From Geitlerinema sp. PCC 9228 (GTDB taxonomy: Bacteria > Cyanobacteriota > Cyanobacteriia > Cyanobacteriales > PCC-9228): a DNA stretch of 32,000 nt. Below, piece by piece: positions 8,433-18,462 of the stretch. The notes beneath the pieces are model-generated. The model did not search any database. It was given only the letters and a program-made list of their open reading frames with translations, and was not told where the DNA came from. The position numbers were made by a program, and so were the translations under genes. The stretch is taken from assembly GCF_001870905.1 (NCBI RefSeq), contig NZ_LNDC01000104.1, forward strand, positions 5,157 to 37,156. The letters run 5' to 3'. Each line of letters starts with the position of its first letter. The stretch's first letter is position 1.

Positions 8433-9218
8433 ATGAGTCAAGAAAACAACCAAGTAATTCTCTCGATACGCAATCTGACCGCTGAAGTAGAAGGCACCCA
8501 GATTCTCAATGGCGTCAACCTAGAAATTAAAGCAGGAGAAACCCATGCCATCATGGGAACCAACGGGTCTGGCAAAAGCACGCTATCCAAGGTGCTTGCC
8601 GGCCATCCCGATTACCAAGTCACTGGTGGTGAGGTGATTTATCAAGGGAAAAACCTGCTGGAAATGGAAGCCGACGAGCGTTCGTTGGCAGGTATTTTCA
8701 TGGCGTTTCAGTACCCCGTGGAAATTCCTGGGGTAAGCAATTTAGAGTTTTTACGTGCTTCCTACAATTCCCAAAGAAAGGCACGGGGATTGGAAGAAAT
8801 TGATGCTTTTGATTTTGAAGATTTGGTGGAAGAGAAGCTGGATTTTGTGAAGATGGATTCCAGCTTTTTGGAACGCAACCTCAACGAAGGGTTTTCCGGC
8901 GGCGAGAAAAAACGCAACGAAATTCTGCAAATGGCTTTGCTGGAGCCTACTTTAGCGATTCTCGACGAGACGGATTCTGGGCTGGATATTGATGCTTTAA
9001 AAACGGTGGCGCATGGAGTGAATCAACTGGCAGGCCCGGAAAAATCCATGTTGGTGATTACCCACTACCAACGTTTGTTGAATTATATCGTTCCCGATTA
9101 CGTGCATGTGATGGCTAACGGACGGATTATTACCACCGGGAATAAAGAGTTGGCCGAAGAACTGGAAGAGAAAGGATACGATTGGATTAAAGAACAGACG
9201 GCAGGTGCAGGGGTATAG
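8433..9218 (+). CDS. sufC: Fe-S cluster assembly ATPase SufC
   Basis: Walker [12 protein letters not shown] signature [23 protein letters not shown], Walker [18 protein letters not shown]. Confidence 0.97.
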   Translation: MSQENNQVILSIRNLTAEVEGTQILNGVNLEIKAGETHAIMGTNGSGKSTLSKVLAGHPDYQVTGGEVIYQGKNLLEMEADERSLAGIFMAFQYPVEIPGVSNLEFLRASYNSQRKARGLEEIDAFDFEDLVEEKLDFVKMDSSFLERNLNEGFSGGEKKRNEILQMALLEPTLAILDETDSGLDIDALKTVAHGVNQLAGPEKSMLVITHYQRLLNYIVPDYVHVMANGRIITTGNKELAEELEEKGYDWIKEQTAGAGV

Positions 9219-9221
9219 GAT

Positions 9222-10589
9222 ATGAACGTGCAGGTACCGAGTGCTCAATTAAAAACTGATGCCCAAGGGCAAGCGTATTTGAAACGGCTGCTCGAACGCA
9301 CGCAAGTAACTTCGGATGGTGGCTGGTTGCAGGAAGTGCGCGATCGCGCTACGGCCATGGTTCAGGAGTTGGGCATTCCCTCTAGCAAAGATGAACAGTG
9401 GCGGTTTACCGATTTAAAACCCTTGCGGGAAACGGAATTTTCTCCCGCACAAGTTTCCCAAATTTCCCCCACTGCCTCTTTAGAGCAGCTGGGATTGAAC
9501 GTTCCAGAAGCCAAAGAAAGCCGTTTGGTATTTGTTAACGGTCGTTATGCCCCGGAATTGTCGTCAACAGCGGCCGTGCCGGCGGGGGTTTGGATCGGTC
9601 ATTTGGCAGAATTTCCCGACTCCGAACGGTTGCAGCCTTATTTGGCCCAACAACCGGGCGATCGCGAAGTGTTTACCGCCCTCAACACCACCAGTTTCCC
9701 CGATGCGGCAGTGGTGTGGATTCCCAAAAACACGGAAGTAGAACCCCCCCTGCACTTACTCTTTATAGCCACCGGCGAACAGCAACCAACCATTTCCCAT
9801 CCCCGCTGCTTGGTGGTTGCCGAACGCAGCAGTGCTTGCACCCTGATCGAAGAATACATCGTTGCCGAACGGGAGTGGTGCCAGCAACCCGTTGCAGACC
9901 AACCCTACTTCACCAACACCGTCGCCGAATTCTGGCTGCAAGAAAACGCCCAAATGAAACATGCCAGGATTCAACGGGAAGGCACCGATGCCTTTCATAT
10001 TGGCAAAAACGCCATTACCCAAGCCAAAGACAGCCGCTACAGCTGCGTTGCCATTAGTGTTGGCGCTCGTTTGGCACGTCACCATCTGGAAGTGTTCCAA
10101 GCCGGAACCGGCACGGAAACCACCCTCAACGGTCTGAGCATGGTTTGCGGCGATCAACTTTCGGACTTGCACAGCCTGATTTCCACGAACCATCCCAACG
10201 GCAAGGCCAACCAAATCCACAAATGCATCATTGACGATCGCGCCCATTCCGTGTTCAATGGGAAAATTCTGGTGCCACAAACCGCACAACAGACCGATGC
10301 CAGTCAGCTCAACCGCAACTTGCTGCTTTCGCGTCAAGGCAAAGTCAATACCAAACCCCAACTGGAAATTGTTGCCGATGATGTCAAGTGCGCCCACGGC
10401 GCTACGGTGAGCCAGTTAGAATCGGAAGAACTATTTTACCTGCAAAGTCGGGGATTGGATTTGGAAACCAGCCGCAACTTGCTGCTCGATAGTTTTTGCC
10501 GGGAAATCCTCCAAAAATTACCCGTTCCATCCCTGACGACCAAGCTCAGTCGCTGTTTTGCCTGTCGCACTAGCAGCGAAAACCAGTAA
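9222..10589 (+). CDS. sufD: Fe-S cluster assembly protein SufD
   Basis: SufBD family: PSSKDEQWRFTDL, HHLEVFQAGTGTETTLNGLSM, HGATVSQLESEELFYLQSRGL. Adjacent to sufC. Confidence 0.95.
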   Translation: MNVQVPSAQLKTDAQGQAYLKRLLERTQVTSDGGWLQEVRDRATAMVQELGIPSSKDEQWRFTDLKPLRETEFSPAQVSQISPTASLEQLGLNVPEAKESRLVFVNGRYAPELSSTAAVPAGVWIGHLAEFPDSERLQPYLAQQPGDREVFTALNTTSFPDAAVVWIPKNTEVEPPLHLLFIATGEQQPTISHPRCLVVAERSSACTLIEEYIVAEREWCQQPVADQPYFTNTVAEFWLQENAQMKHARIQREGTDAFHIGKNAITQAKDSRYSCVAISVGARLARHHLEVFQAGTGTETTLNGLSMVCGDQLSDLHSLISTNHPNGKANQIHKCIIDDRAHSVFNGKILVPQTAQQTDASQLNRNLLLSRQGKVNTKPQLEIVADDVKCAHGATVSQLESEELFYLQSRGLDLETSRNLLLDSFCREILQKLPVPSLTTKLSRCFACRTSSENQ

Positions 10590-10703
10590 AAACAGAAACC
10601 CTTCTTTTAGATTTTTTCCATAGCAATCGGCATTTTTTGCCATAAGGTGCAGATTGCTCTGTACGCTCTTCCCTTTACGTCTGCTTGCTGGACAGTACAA
10701 TCT

Positions 10704-11966
10704 ATGACTCTCGCTCAAGAACCCACCCTTGCTCACCGCGTACGCACCGATTTCCCAATTTTAAACCAAGAAATCGAGGGAAATCCTTTGGTGTATTTCG
10801 ACAATGCGGCCACTTCCCAAAAACCCAAAGCTGTGATCGAGGCCCTGCAAAACTACTACGAAAGGGATAATGCCAACGTTCATCGGGGCATCCACGAACT
10901 GAGTGCCAGGGCAACCGAAGCTTTTGAGGGAACTCGGGATAAAGTGGCGCGGTTGATCGATGCCGCTTCCCGCGAAGAAATTGTCTACACCCGCAATGCC
11001 ACGGAAGCTGTCAATTTGGTGGCCTATAGCTGGGGGATGAATACCCTACAGCCGGGGGATGAAATTATTCTCACGGTGATGGAACACCACAGCAATTTGG
11101 TGCCCTGGCAGTTTGTGGCCCAAAAAACCGGTGCCACGCTGAAATTTGTGGAACCCACCGAAACCGGCGAGTTCAATCTCGACCAGTTTCAGTCGTTAAT
11201 TTCCCATCGCACCAAGCTGGTGGGAGTGGTGCACGTTTCCAATATGTTGGGATGCATTTCCCCGGTGGTGGAAATTACTGATATTGCCCACCGCTACGGG
11301 GCCAAAGTGTTGGTGGATGCCTGTCAAAGCGTTCCCCACATGCCAGTAGACGTGCAGAAAATTGATTGCGACTGGCTGGTGGCTTCCGGACATAAAATGT
11401 GCGCTCCCACCGGTATTGGCTTTTTGTACGGAAAACTGGATTTGCTGCGGGAAATGTCCCCGTTTTTAGGCGGTGGGGAGATGATTGGTGAGGTGTTTTT
11501 GGACCATTCTACCTACGCGGATTTGCCCCACAAGTTTGAAGCGGGAACGCCGGCCATTGGCGAAGCCATTGCGTTGGGAGCGGCGGTAGATTACCTCAGC
11601 AATATTGGCATGGAAACCATCTATGCCTACGAAAAACAGCTGACCCAGTACCTGTTCAAACGCTTGGAAGAAGTTCCGGGCATGACCTATTACGGGCCCT
11701 CCCCGAATCCCGACGGCGGTGGCAGAGCTTCCCTGGTAACGTTTACTAACGCAACTGTGCATCCGCAAGATTTGGCGACCCTTTTAGACCGCGAAGGCAT
11801 TGCCATTCGTTCTGGCCACCACTGTACGCAACCTTTGCATCGTCATTATGGGATTCAATCTACAGCCAGGGCTAGTGTGTATTTTTACAATACCCGCGAG
11901 GAAATCGATCGCTTTATTGCTGCTTTGCAAGAAACGATTGAGTTCTTTAGCAGCATTATGGAATAG
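10704..11966 (+). CDS. sufS: Cysteine desulfurase SufS (ORF open from 10647)
   Basis: [74 protein letters not shown]. The 10704 ATG gives the family-typical N-terminus. Confidence 0.95.
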   Translation: MTLAQEPTLAHRVRTDFPILNQEIEGNPLVYFDNAATSQKPKAVIEALQNYYERDNANVHRGIHELSARATEAFEGTRDKVARLIDAASREEIVYTRNATEAVNLVAYSWGMNTLQPGDEIILTVMEHHSNLVPWQFVAQKTGATLKFVEPTETGEFNLDQFQSLISHRTKLVGVVHVSNMLGCISPVVEITDIAHRYGAKVLVDACQSVPHMPVDVQKIDCDWLVASGHKMCAPTGIGFLYGKLDLLREMSPFLGGGEMIGEVFLDHSTYADLPHKFEAGTPAIGEAIALGAAVDYLSNIGMETIYAYEKQLTQYLFKRLEEVPGMTYYGPSPNPDGGGRASLVTFTNATVHPQDLATLLDREGIAIRSGHHCTQPLHRHYGIQSTARASVYFYNTREEIDRFIAALQETIEFFSSIME

Positions 11967-12023
11967 GGAAGCACCAAAAATTTCCCCGCTATCTGCCGCT
12001 ACCGGTTGGCTCGTTTCCCGTTT

Positions 12024-12050
12024 AGCCCGCAACACGCGGGCTTTGTTTTT
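12024..12050 (+). terminator. Intrinsic terminator of suf cluster
   Basis: AGCCCGC (12024-12030) - aacac - GCGGGCT (12036-12042) followed by TTGTTTTT. Confidence 0.8.
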
Positions 12051-12167
12051 GCTTGTCGGCTTTTGGTGGACGCGCTGCGATCGCGGCAGTCAATTGTTGC
12101 TTGAGAGAGTCCCATTTTCTAGAAAATATGCAATAAATAATCGGTGTGTTTTTCTAGAAACCCTTGA

Positions 12168-12225
12168 CAGGGCGCCCCTACCAAAGAAACTAGAAAATCC
12201 CAGCAAATTATTATTTTTCAGAAAC
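12168..12225. repeat. Degraded copy (C) of palindrome-headed repeat family
   Basis: GCGCCCCTACC + exactly 31 nt + TTTTTCAGAAA, the same two blocks at the same distance as in the 17610-17687 copy. Confidence 0.55.
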
Positions 12226-12322
12226 AGCAAAAAGAAAAGATTTTTATTTGTCAAGAAAAAATAGCAAAACTTAATAGTTTTTCTAAAAAAAATATATACA
12301 GACAGTTTGTGATATGGTAAAT

Positions 12323-12350
12323 GGGAGAACTGACTCTTTTTCAGAAATTG
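12323..12350. repeat. Internally deleted fragment (D) of the same repeat family
   Basis: GGGAGAACTGactcTTTTTCAGAAATTG resembles the two ends of the 12499-12578 copy with the middle removed. Confidence 0.35.
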
Positions 12351-12498
12351 TCTGCATCCGAAAAATTGGGCAGCTATTCATTGCATGATTTCTGCAATAG
12401 TGCTGGAAACTTTAAAGATAGATGTTCTACTATAACAGTTTTATTAGACTGCAAAGACGCTGTTTTTCTATAAAATTATGCAATACATAATTGGATAT

Positions 12499-12578
12499 GC
12501 AGGGAAATTTCGCGAAGCACCTCTAGCGGGAGAACTGGGAAAACTCCATACAATCGCTTTTTTCTCAGAAATGGGGTT
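12499..12578. repeat. Copy (B) of ~78-bp palindrome-headed repeat family
   Basis: TTTCGCGAAGC core, identical CCATACAATCG block and TCAGAAATGG block, in the same order as 17610-17687; about three-quarters identical by eye. Confidence 0.7.
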
Positions 12579-12758
12579 CGATAGTAGAAATTAGGAGGAA
12601 GTAGCAGAACATTGTAAGTTCGTTGGGCAAATGATTTTTTCATAGGGGCAATTCCAGAAAAAAATGTCCACAAGCAACCATTTCCTGGCAATGTCACCAG
12701 CACTGTAGCTGGGAAATTGTCTATTTTTACAAGGGGAATCTAGGAGCGACCAATCCTA

Positions 12759-14939
12759 TTGATGCTTGTTGTTTTAGGGAAGAAACCAAACAGCATTGCT
12801 TGGGTAGGGAAGCTAGCGCATCTGACAATTTCTATTTTGGTTTCGCACTCATCAGAGGTTCTTTGGCGAGGTCTGCAACCCATGCTAAGCAATTCCAAGG
12901 GCGTACCCACAACCCAAACCGAGTTAGAATCTATTCTAGTTGTAGACGATACACCCACAAACATCCATTTGTTGGTACGCATTTTGAGCCAAAAAGGCTA
13001 CGAAGTTTTGGTTAGTTACAACGGTCAGCAAGCGCTCTCTCAATTAGAAACAAAAACCCCGGATTTAATTTTAATGGATGTCATGATGCCAGATATGGAT
13101 GGCTACGAACTGTGCCAGCATATTAAAGCTGACAGTCGCTGGCAACAGATTCCTGTTATTTTTCTCAGTGCTGCTGATGGTGTAGAAGATAAAGTCAAGG
13201 CTTTTGCGGTCGGTGGTGCTGATTATATTGCCAAACCATTTCAAATGGCAGAGTTACTGGCTCGCATTGACAATCAAATGGGATTGCGGCGGTTGCAAAA
13301 GCAGTTGGTACAAAAAAACGAAGCACTGCAAAAAGAAATTGGGGAACGGGAGTTGCTCGAACAAAACTTGCAGGTTTCGGAGGAAAAACTACGGGGATTT
13401 TTTGGGGCTATCAACGATATTGTTTTAATTTTAAACGCCCAAACCAGTGATATTGAGGTAGCTCCCACTAGACCTGCCATTTATAGCGATGCCGATAGTG
13501 ATTTTATTGGGGTAACCATCGAACAATTTTTTCTAGAAAATGCCGATAGCTGGTGGAAATGGGTGCATCAAGCATTGCAAACGCAACAAACGGTAAATTT
13601 TGATTATAATCTGTATTGTGGCGATCGCGAGGTTTGGTTTGCTGCCAATATTTCTCCTCTTCCCAACCATACCGTCATTTGGGTGGCGCGCGATATTACC
13701 GAACGCAAACAGGCAGAAGCCAAAATCCAGCAAACTTCTCAAGCTTTAGCAGAATTTAGCAACCACCTCAAACAGCTACACCGGTTGAATACCACCAACC
13801 ACCAAGATTTTGAAGATGTATTCCATGATTTTCTGCAAACTGGGTTGGAAATTTTTGATGCATCCACTGGTATCATCAGCCAAATTGATGGCAATTTGTA
13901 TACAATCTACGCAGTTGTTTCCGAACTTCATTCCTTTTTCCCCCAGCAGAAATTTTCCCTATCGGATACCTACTGCCAACAGGTTGTTGACCGGCAAAAA
14001 ACTGTCAGTTACGCCGATGCTAATGAATTAGAAACCATACCAAGTCATACCGTAGATGGTCATTGGGATATAAAATCTTATATCGGTACGCCGATTTGGG
14101 TAAATGGGAAATTGTATGGTACGTTAAATTTCTCTTCCACCAAAAATCGCGAAAAAGAATTTAGCGATCGCGAACGGGAAACCATCGAGTTAATGGCAGA
14201 AAGTTTGGGCAAACTGATTGCTACCTATCAGGCAGAAACCAAACGACAAAAAGCGGAAGCTGCTTTACGCATGGCTCAGCAAAAATCCGATGCTTTGCTG
14301 TTAAATATTCTCCCCCGTTCTATTGCCAATCGCCTCAAAGAAGAACGCATTGCCCCCAACCAAACCCATCCGGCACTGGCACAGCAATACGAAAGCGCTA
14401 CCATTTTATTTGCCGATATTGTAGGATTTACCTCCCTTTCCGAAAAACTGACCCCAATTACCCTAGTAAACTTACTAAACGAAATTTTTTCTACCTTCGA
14501 TCGCACCATCGAACAATACGGTCTGGAAAAAATCAAAACCATCGGCGATGCCTACATGATTGCCGGCGGCTTGCCAACCCCCATGCCCAACCATGCAGAA
14601 GCGATCGCGGATATGGCACTATCCATGCAGGAATTTATCCACTATTTCCAAAACCAAGTTCCCAGCCAATATCCTGAGAAACTGCAACTACGCATTGGCA
14701 TCAACACGGGGTCGGTGGTTGCCGGGGTCATTGGCATCAAGAAATTTATCTACGATCTGTGGGGAGACACAGTCAATGTCGCCTCCCGCATGGAATCGAG
14801 CGGTTTGCCTGGCAAAATCCAAGTCACCGAAGCCACCTACAACCTCCTCAAAGACCGCTATCACTTGGAAAAACGTGGTTGCATCCCCGTCAAAGGCAAA
14901 GGCAACATGACCACCTACTGGTTGCAAGAGAAACGATAA
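12759..14939 (+). CDS. Response regulator/PAS/GAF class III nucleotidyl cyclase, likely adenylate cyclase
   Basis: REC domain (ILVVDDTPTNIHLLVRILSQKGYEVLV...DVMMPDMDGYEL), PAS-like, GAF (VSYADANELETIPSHTVDGHWDIKSYIGTPIWVNGKLYGTLNF), class III cyclase (ATILFADIVGFTSLSEKLTP, EKIKTIGDAYMIAGG, YDLWGDTVNVASRMESSG). Start may be downstream of 12759. Confidence 0.9.
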   Translation: MMLVVLGKKPNSIAWVGKLAHLTISILVSHSSEVLWRGLQPMLSNSKGVPTTQTELESILVVDDTPTNIHLLVRILSQKGYEVLVSYNGQQALSQLETKTPDLILMDVMMPDMDGYELCQHIKADSRWQQIPVIFLSAADGVEDKVKAFAVGGADYIAKPFQMAELLARIDNQMGLRRLQKQLVQKNEALQKEIGERELLEQNLQVSEEKLRGFFGAINDIVLILNAQTSDIEVAPTRPAIYSDADSDFIGVTIEQFFLENADSWWKWVHQALQTQQTVNFDYNLYCGDREVWFAANISPLPNHTVIWVARDITERKQAEAKIQQTSQALAEFSNHLKQLHRLNTTNHQDFEDVFHDFLQTGLEIFDASTGIISQIDGNLYTIYAVVSELHSFFPQQKFSLSDTYCQQVVDRQKTVSYADANELETIPSHTVDGHWDIKSYIGTPIWVNGKLYGTLNFSSTKNREKEFSDRERETIELMAESLGKLIATYQAETKRQKAEAALRMAQQKSDALLLNILPRSIANRLKEERIAPNQTHPALAQQYESATILFADIVGFTSLSEKLTPITLVNLLNEIFSTFDRTIEQYGLEKIKTIGDAYMIAGGLPTPMPNHAEAIADMALSMQEFIHYFQNQVPSQYPEKLQLRIGINTGSVVAGVIGIKKFIYDLWGDTVNVASRMESSGLPGKIQVTEATYNLLKDRYHLEKRGCIPVKGKGNMTTYWLQEKR

Positions 14940-15020
14940 CGCCTCCCCACTGGGCTTGGGAATATGGAACAATAGAAAACAATTGCACCTATCCACACGG
15001 GATATATCAAGGACACGCTT

Positions 15021-15542
15021 ATGCCACGCAGCCAACGCAACGATAACTTTATCGATAAAAGCTTCACCGTCATGGCAGATATTATTTTGAAGATGATGCC
15101 TGCCAAAAACAAAGCTAAAGAAGCCTTTGCCTACTACCGAGATGGTATGTCAGCGCAATCGGATGGGGAATATGCCGAGGCTTTGGAAAACTACTACGAA
15201 GCTTTGAAGCTGGAAGAAGACCCCAACGACCGCAGCTACATTCTTTACAATATTGGGTTGATCCACACCAGCAACGGCGAACACGAGAAGGCTTTGGAAT
15301 ATTACCACCAAGCTTTGGAAGAAAATGCCAATTTGCCCCAAGCTTTGAACAATATTGCTGTGATTTACCACTACCGCGGCGAACAAGCTAAAGAAGCCGG
15401 CAATGGTGACGAAGCCGACCAATGGTATGACAAGGCAGCAGAATACTGGCTGCAAGCGATTCGTTTGGCTCCCAATAACTATATCGAAGCTCAAAACTGG
15501 TTGAAAACCACGGGTCGCTCTAAGGCGGATATCTTTTTCTAA
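15021..15542 (+). CDS. ycf3: Photosystem I assembly protein Ycf3 (TPR protein)
   Basis: [25 protein letters not shown]-terminus, TPRs, 173 aa, [27 protein letters not shown]. Confidence 0.96.
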   Translation: MPRSQRNDNFIDKSFTVMADIILKMMPAKNKAKEAFAYYRDGMSAQSDGEYAEALENYYEALKLEEDPNDRSYILYNIGLIHTSNGEHEKALEYYHQALEENANLPQALNNIAVIYHYRGEQAKEAGNGDEADQWYDKAAEYWLQAIRLAPNNYIEAQNWLKTTGRSKADIFF

Positions 15543-15604
15543 AGATTGACGAACTACCGCATTGGTTTGGCTTGTTGTTGGATATCTGGATTTTAAGAAC
15601 AATT

Positions 15605-15889
15605 ATGGATAGAGAACAAGTACGTAAAGTGGCTCAGTTGGCACGTTTGGAGCTAACCCCAGAGGAAGAAGAACAGTTTGAAAGTCAGCTCAGTCAAATT
15701 TTGGATTATTTCGAGCAGTTGCGGGAGCTAGATACGGAGAACGTTCCGCCGACAACTCGTGCGATCGATACCAGCAATATTACCCGCGAGGATGAAGTTC
15801 GTACCTACGAACATCGCGATGATTTGCTCAATTCGGCTCCCGATCGCGAGGATGATTTCTTCAAAGTGCCGCGAATTTTAGACCAATAA
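15605..15889 (+). CDS. gatC: Asp-tRNA(Asn)/Glu-tRNA(Gln) amidotransferase subunit C
   Basis: [39 protein letters not shown]...; ORF track begins at 15572, but ATG 15605 is the family-typical start. Confidence 0.93.
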   Translation: MDREQVRKVAQLARLELTPEEEEQFESQLSQILDYFEQLRELDTENVPPTTRAIDTSNITREDEVRTYEHRDDLLNSAPDREDDFFKVPRILDQ

Positions 15890-15910
15890 GCTGGCGGAAA
15901 ATTGGCTTTG

Positions 15911-15950
15911 GGTGCGTTGTTCGATTGTTCGATCGACGCACCTCGTTTTT
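15911..15950 (+). terminator. Putative intrinsic terminator of gatC
   Basis: GGTGCGT (15911-15917) / ACGCACC (15936-15942), internal CGAT/ATCG pairing, then TCGTTTTT. Confidence 0.55.
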
Positions 15951-15997
15951 GTGGGTATGCTGGTTTTGGTATGAGTTGCTGGTTATAGAACGCTCAG

Positions 15998-17146
15998 ATG
16001 AAAAACAAAACAATTACTACAGTGGAATTATTCGCTGGCATTGGGGGATTTCGTTTAGCATGCGATCGCTTGGGGATTCAAACAATTTGGGCAAACGACA
16101 TTAACGAACTAGCGGCTACCGTCTATCGCGATCGATTTCGGGAAACAGAATTTGTTCGTGGCGATATTCAATCTTTCAAACATCTGGTTCCCAACCACAA
16201 TTTGTTAACAGCAGGCTTTCCCTGCCAACCTTTCTCTAGTGCCGGTAAAAAACAAGGAATTACCGATCCCAAGGGAACGCTATTTGCTACGATTGTCGAA
16301 ATTCTACATGAAAAGCAACCCCAATTTTTTGTGTTAGAAAATGTCAAGAGGTTGCTTTCTATGGATGCGGGAAGACATTTTGGTACTATTTTACATGCTC
16401 TCACTGAATTGGGGTATTTTTTAGAGTGGCGATTGCTTAATGCTATGCATTTTGGACTGCCTCAGTATCGGGAAAGAACGATAATTGTGGGAACCAAGAA
16501 AAGTTTTACACCTTCTTGTTATCTCGCCACAGATGAAGATTTATGTACTGTTAGCGATCGCATTTTATCGGAAATAACACAATTTCAAAATTGGTGGCCA
16601 ATTACCAAACATGGTAAAAAATTCCCGACATGGGGACTAGCTTATCAAAAGAAATTTTATGGTATTACCTTCAAAGATTTTCAAAACCGTTTTCCAACCA
16701 AAAGACTAAAAGATGTTTTACAAAAAGATGTCGATGCGCGCTTCGATTTTACAGAGGATACCCAAAAACGCTTGCTTCAAAGTACCAAAGTCAACCGATT
16801 TTATAACTCTGTAGAAATTATTTACAACCAAAAAGGAGGTTCCCGTATGGGGTATACCGTTTTTGGGATTCATGGAGTAGCACCTACCTTAACATCAACA
16901 ACCAGCCGCCATTACGAACGATATTCCATTAATGGAAGATTTCGCCGACTTACAGATGTTGAATATGCTAGGATTCAAGGATTTCCAGACCATCACTGTC
17001 ACCTAGCACCATTGTACGACCGATACGCTTTGTACGGCAATGCTGTTCCTCCAGCAATGGTGTATTGGGTTATCGATCGCATCATCAATCAAAAAATCAC
17101 AAAAATAGAATCAAATTTTCCGGTACAAATGGCGTTGTTTGGATAA
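15998..17146 (+). CDS. DNA (cytosine-5-)-methyltransferase, type II-like
   Basis: Motif I ELFAGIGGFRLACDRLG, motif IV AGFPCQPFSSAGKKQG, motif VI FFVLENVKRL, motif VIII QYRERTIIVG, motif IX/X RRLTDVEYARIQGFPD...LYGNAVPPAMVYWV. Confidence 0.95.
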   Translation: MKNKTITTVELFAGIGGFRLACDRLGIQTIWANDINELAATVYRDRFRETEFVRGDIQSFKHLVPNHNLLTAGFPCQPFSSAGKKQGITDPKGTLFATIVEILHEKQPQFFVLENVKRLLSMDAGRHFGTILHALTELGYFLEWRLLNAMHFGLPQYRERTIIVGTKKSFTPSCYLATDEDLCTVSDRILSEITQFQNWWPITKHGKKFPTWGLAYQKKFYGITFKDFQNRFPTKRLKDVLQKDVDARFDFTEDTQKRLLQSTKVNRFYNSVEIIYNQKGGSRMGYTVFGIHGVAPTLTSTTSRHYERYSINGRFRRLTDVEYARIQGFPDHHCHLAPLYDRYALYGNAVPPAMVYWVIDRIINQKITKIESNFPVQMALFG

Positions 17147-17601
17147 TAAAAAGTCAACAACTACGAGAGATTGTTTTTCAAAATATTGGTAAATTAGACA
17201 ATTTGAAACCTGTCCTCAAGCGATTGTATCCTCAAACGGGAATTCCTTACTGGTATAATTATTTGGAAGAAAATCATGCTTTGCCAAAAGTTGGGGTCAA
17301 AGCAGTTTCTAGTGTCATTGAAAGTCTAACAGTTGGCGTTCTTGAAACGTATACTCTCAAGGAGTTTTTGGGAAGCAGTCAACTTTCTATACAACCTGCT
17401 AAAGGCGTAGATATTCCCGAAATCGAATTAAGTATTAAATCACCTTCTGAAAACTATTGTACGAGCGAGCCTTTTTTCTCTGCTTACGAACGACTGCTAG
17501 GGAGTCAAAATGATGCGATTGTCTTCTTAACAAACTATCAAACCATGAAAAACGCTCTACCTTTATACCATTTCCTTAATAATCTGCAAGAGATAATATA
17601 G
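17065..17601 (+). pseudogene. N-terminal portion of putative restriction endonuclease-like gene, apparently truncated
   Basis: Overlaps and follows the C5 methyltransferase. Contains VDIPEIELSIKSPS, plausibly a nuclease-core-like D...E/K segment. Ends at TAG (17599-17601) just before the repeat element. Family identity not established. Confidence 0.5.
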
Positions 17602-17609
17602 GCATTTTT

Positions 17610-17687
17610 GTAGGGGCGCTTCGCGAAGCGCCCCTACCAGGGCAATTGGCAAATACCATACAATCGTTGTTTTTCAGAAATGGTATT
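17610..17687. repeat. Copy (A) of palindrome-headed repeat family, at the break of the putative endonuclease gene
   Basis: 28-bp perfect palindrome GTAGGGGCGCTTCGCGAAGCGCCCCTAC (17610-17637), then CCATACAATCG and TTTTTCAGAAATGG blocks shared with 12499-12578. Confidence 0.8.
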
Positions 17688-18222
17688 ACATATACAAATT
17701 GTCAATTATAAGTATTTGAAAGGTAGTCAAATAGCCGATCGCAAACTATGCAATTTGGCAAGGAAAGTGCGATCGCAGAAAACGACCCATAACGAAACAT
17801 CAATCAAGAAAGTAATTCGATTTTTAGCCTATGTTAACAAGCAAGACTGGCGTGCAAGCAAAATTCTTAAAGGACTTGAGATAAGCGATAATGAAAAGAA
17901 AGCGCAAAAAATCTTTAATAAGGAAACCCTAGAAAACGAGTTTCACAAGCAAAACCAAAGTCGGGAAGCCACAGGTAAAGAGTTAATTCCCAGCTATCAT
18001 CTAGACAGTCTCAAACAAATTACAGATATACATCCTATCGATGTAGGAATTTTTAGAGCAGCTGATGATTGGGTTATCGAAACCTACCAAGAAACAGCAC
18101 GTATTCCCAATGAGAATGAGTGGAAAAGATTTCTAGCCAGCCCCTTAGATGGTACCATTAGTATTAGTCCAGCTCTGCAATGGCGATATAATTTCCGAAA
18201 TGTGTTTCAAGTACCTTCGTAA
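17680..18222 (+). pseudogene. C-terminal portion of the same putative endonuclease-like gene
   Basis: Same reading frame as 17065-17601. Starts from an ATG contributed by the repeat (AGAAATGG). QIVNYKYLKGSQIADRKLCNLARKVRSQ reads like the interior of a protein. Functional status uncertain. Confidence 0.5.
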
Positions 18223-18462
18223 AATTTAAAATGCACTATCATTCTCTTTACTATTTTTTGAAATCAAGAAATTGCCCAATTGCTGGGCTACCTTGTCCGT
18301 AAAACTTGCTCTTGCCACTCTTGTTGTTCCAGGCTATCATAGAGCTCGATTCCACAAAAGTTTTATTCCTATAGAAGTCCCTCCTCTCTTCTCTAAATCA
18401 CCAACGGTAATTTTTGCTACCAAGTTTTCCCTAACTCGCTTTTAATTGGGAGTTGTACCATC

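Noticed and set aside
9590-10397. ORFs 9590-10057 (+) and 9756-10397 (-) inside sufD
   Set aside because: Shadow ORFs of sufD with Arg/His-rich or scrambled composition and no independent evidence.
11800-12264. ORF 11800-12264 (+) overlapping the sufS 3' end and terminator
   Set aside because: It runs out of frame through sufS and then through the intrinsic terminator and repeats; the translation is not protein-like.
15998-18222. A novel multi-gene defence island around the methyltransferase
   Set aside because: Neighbours are housekeeping (gatC) and a generic FkbM methyltransferase. Only the MTase and the broken ORF pair fit a conventional R-M unit.
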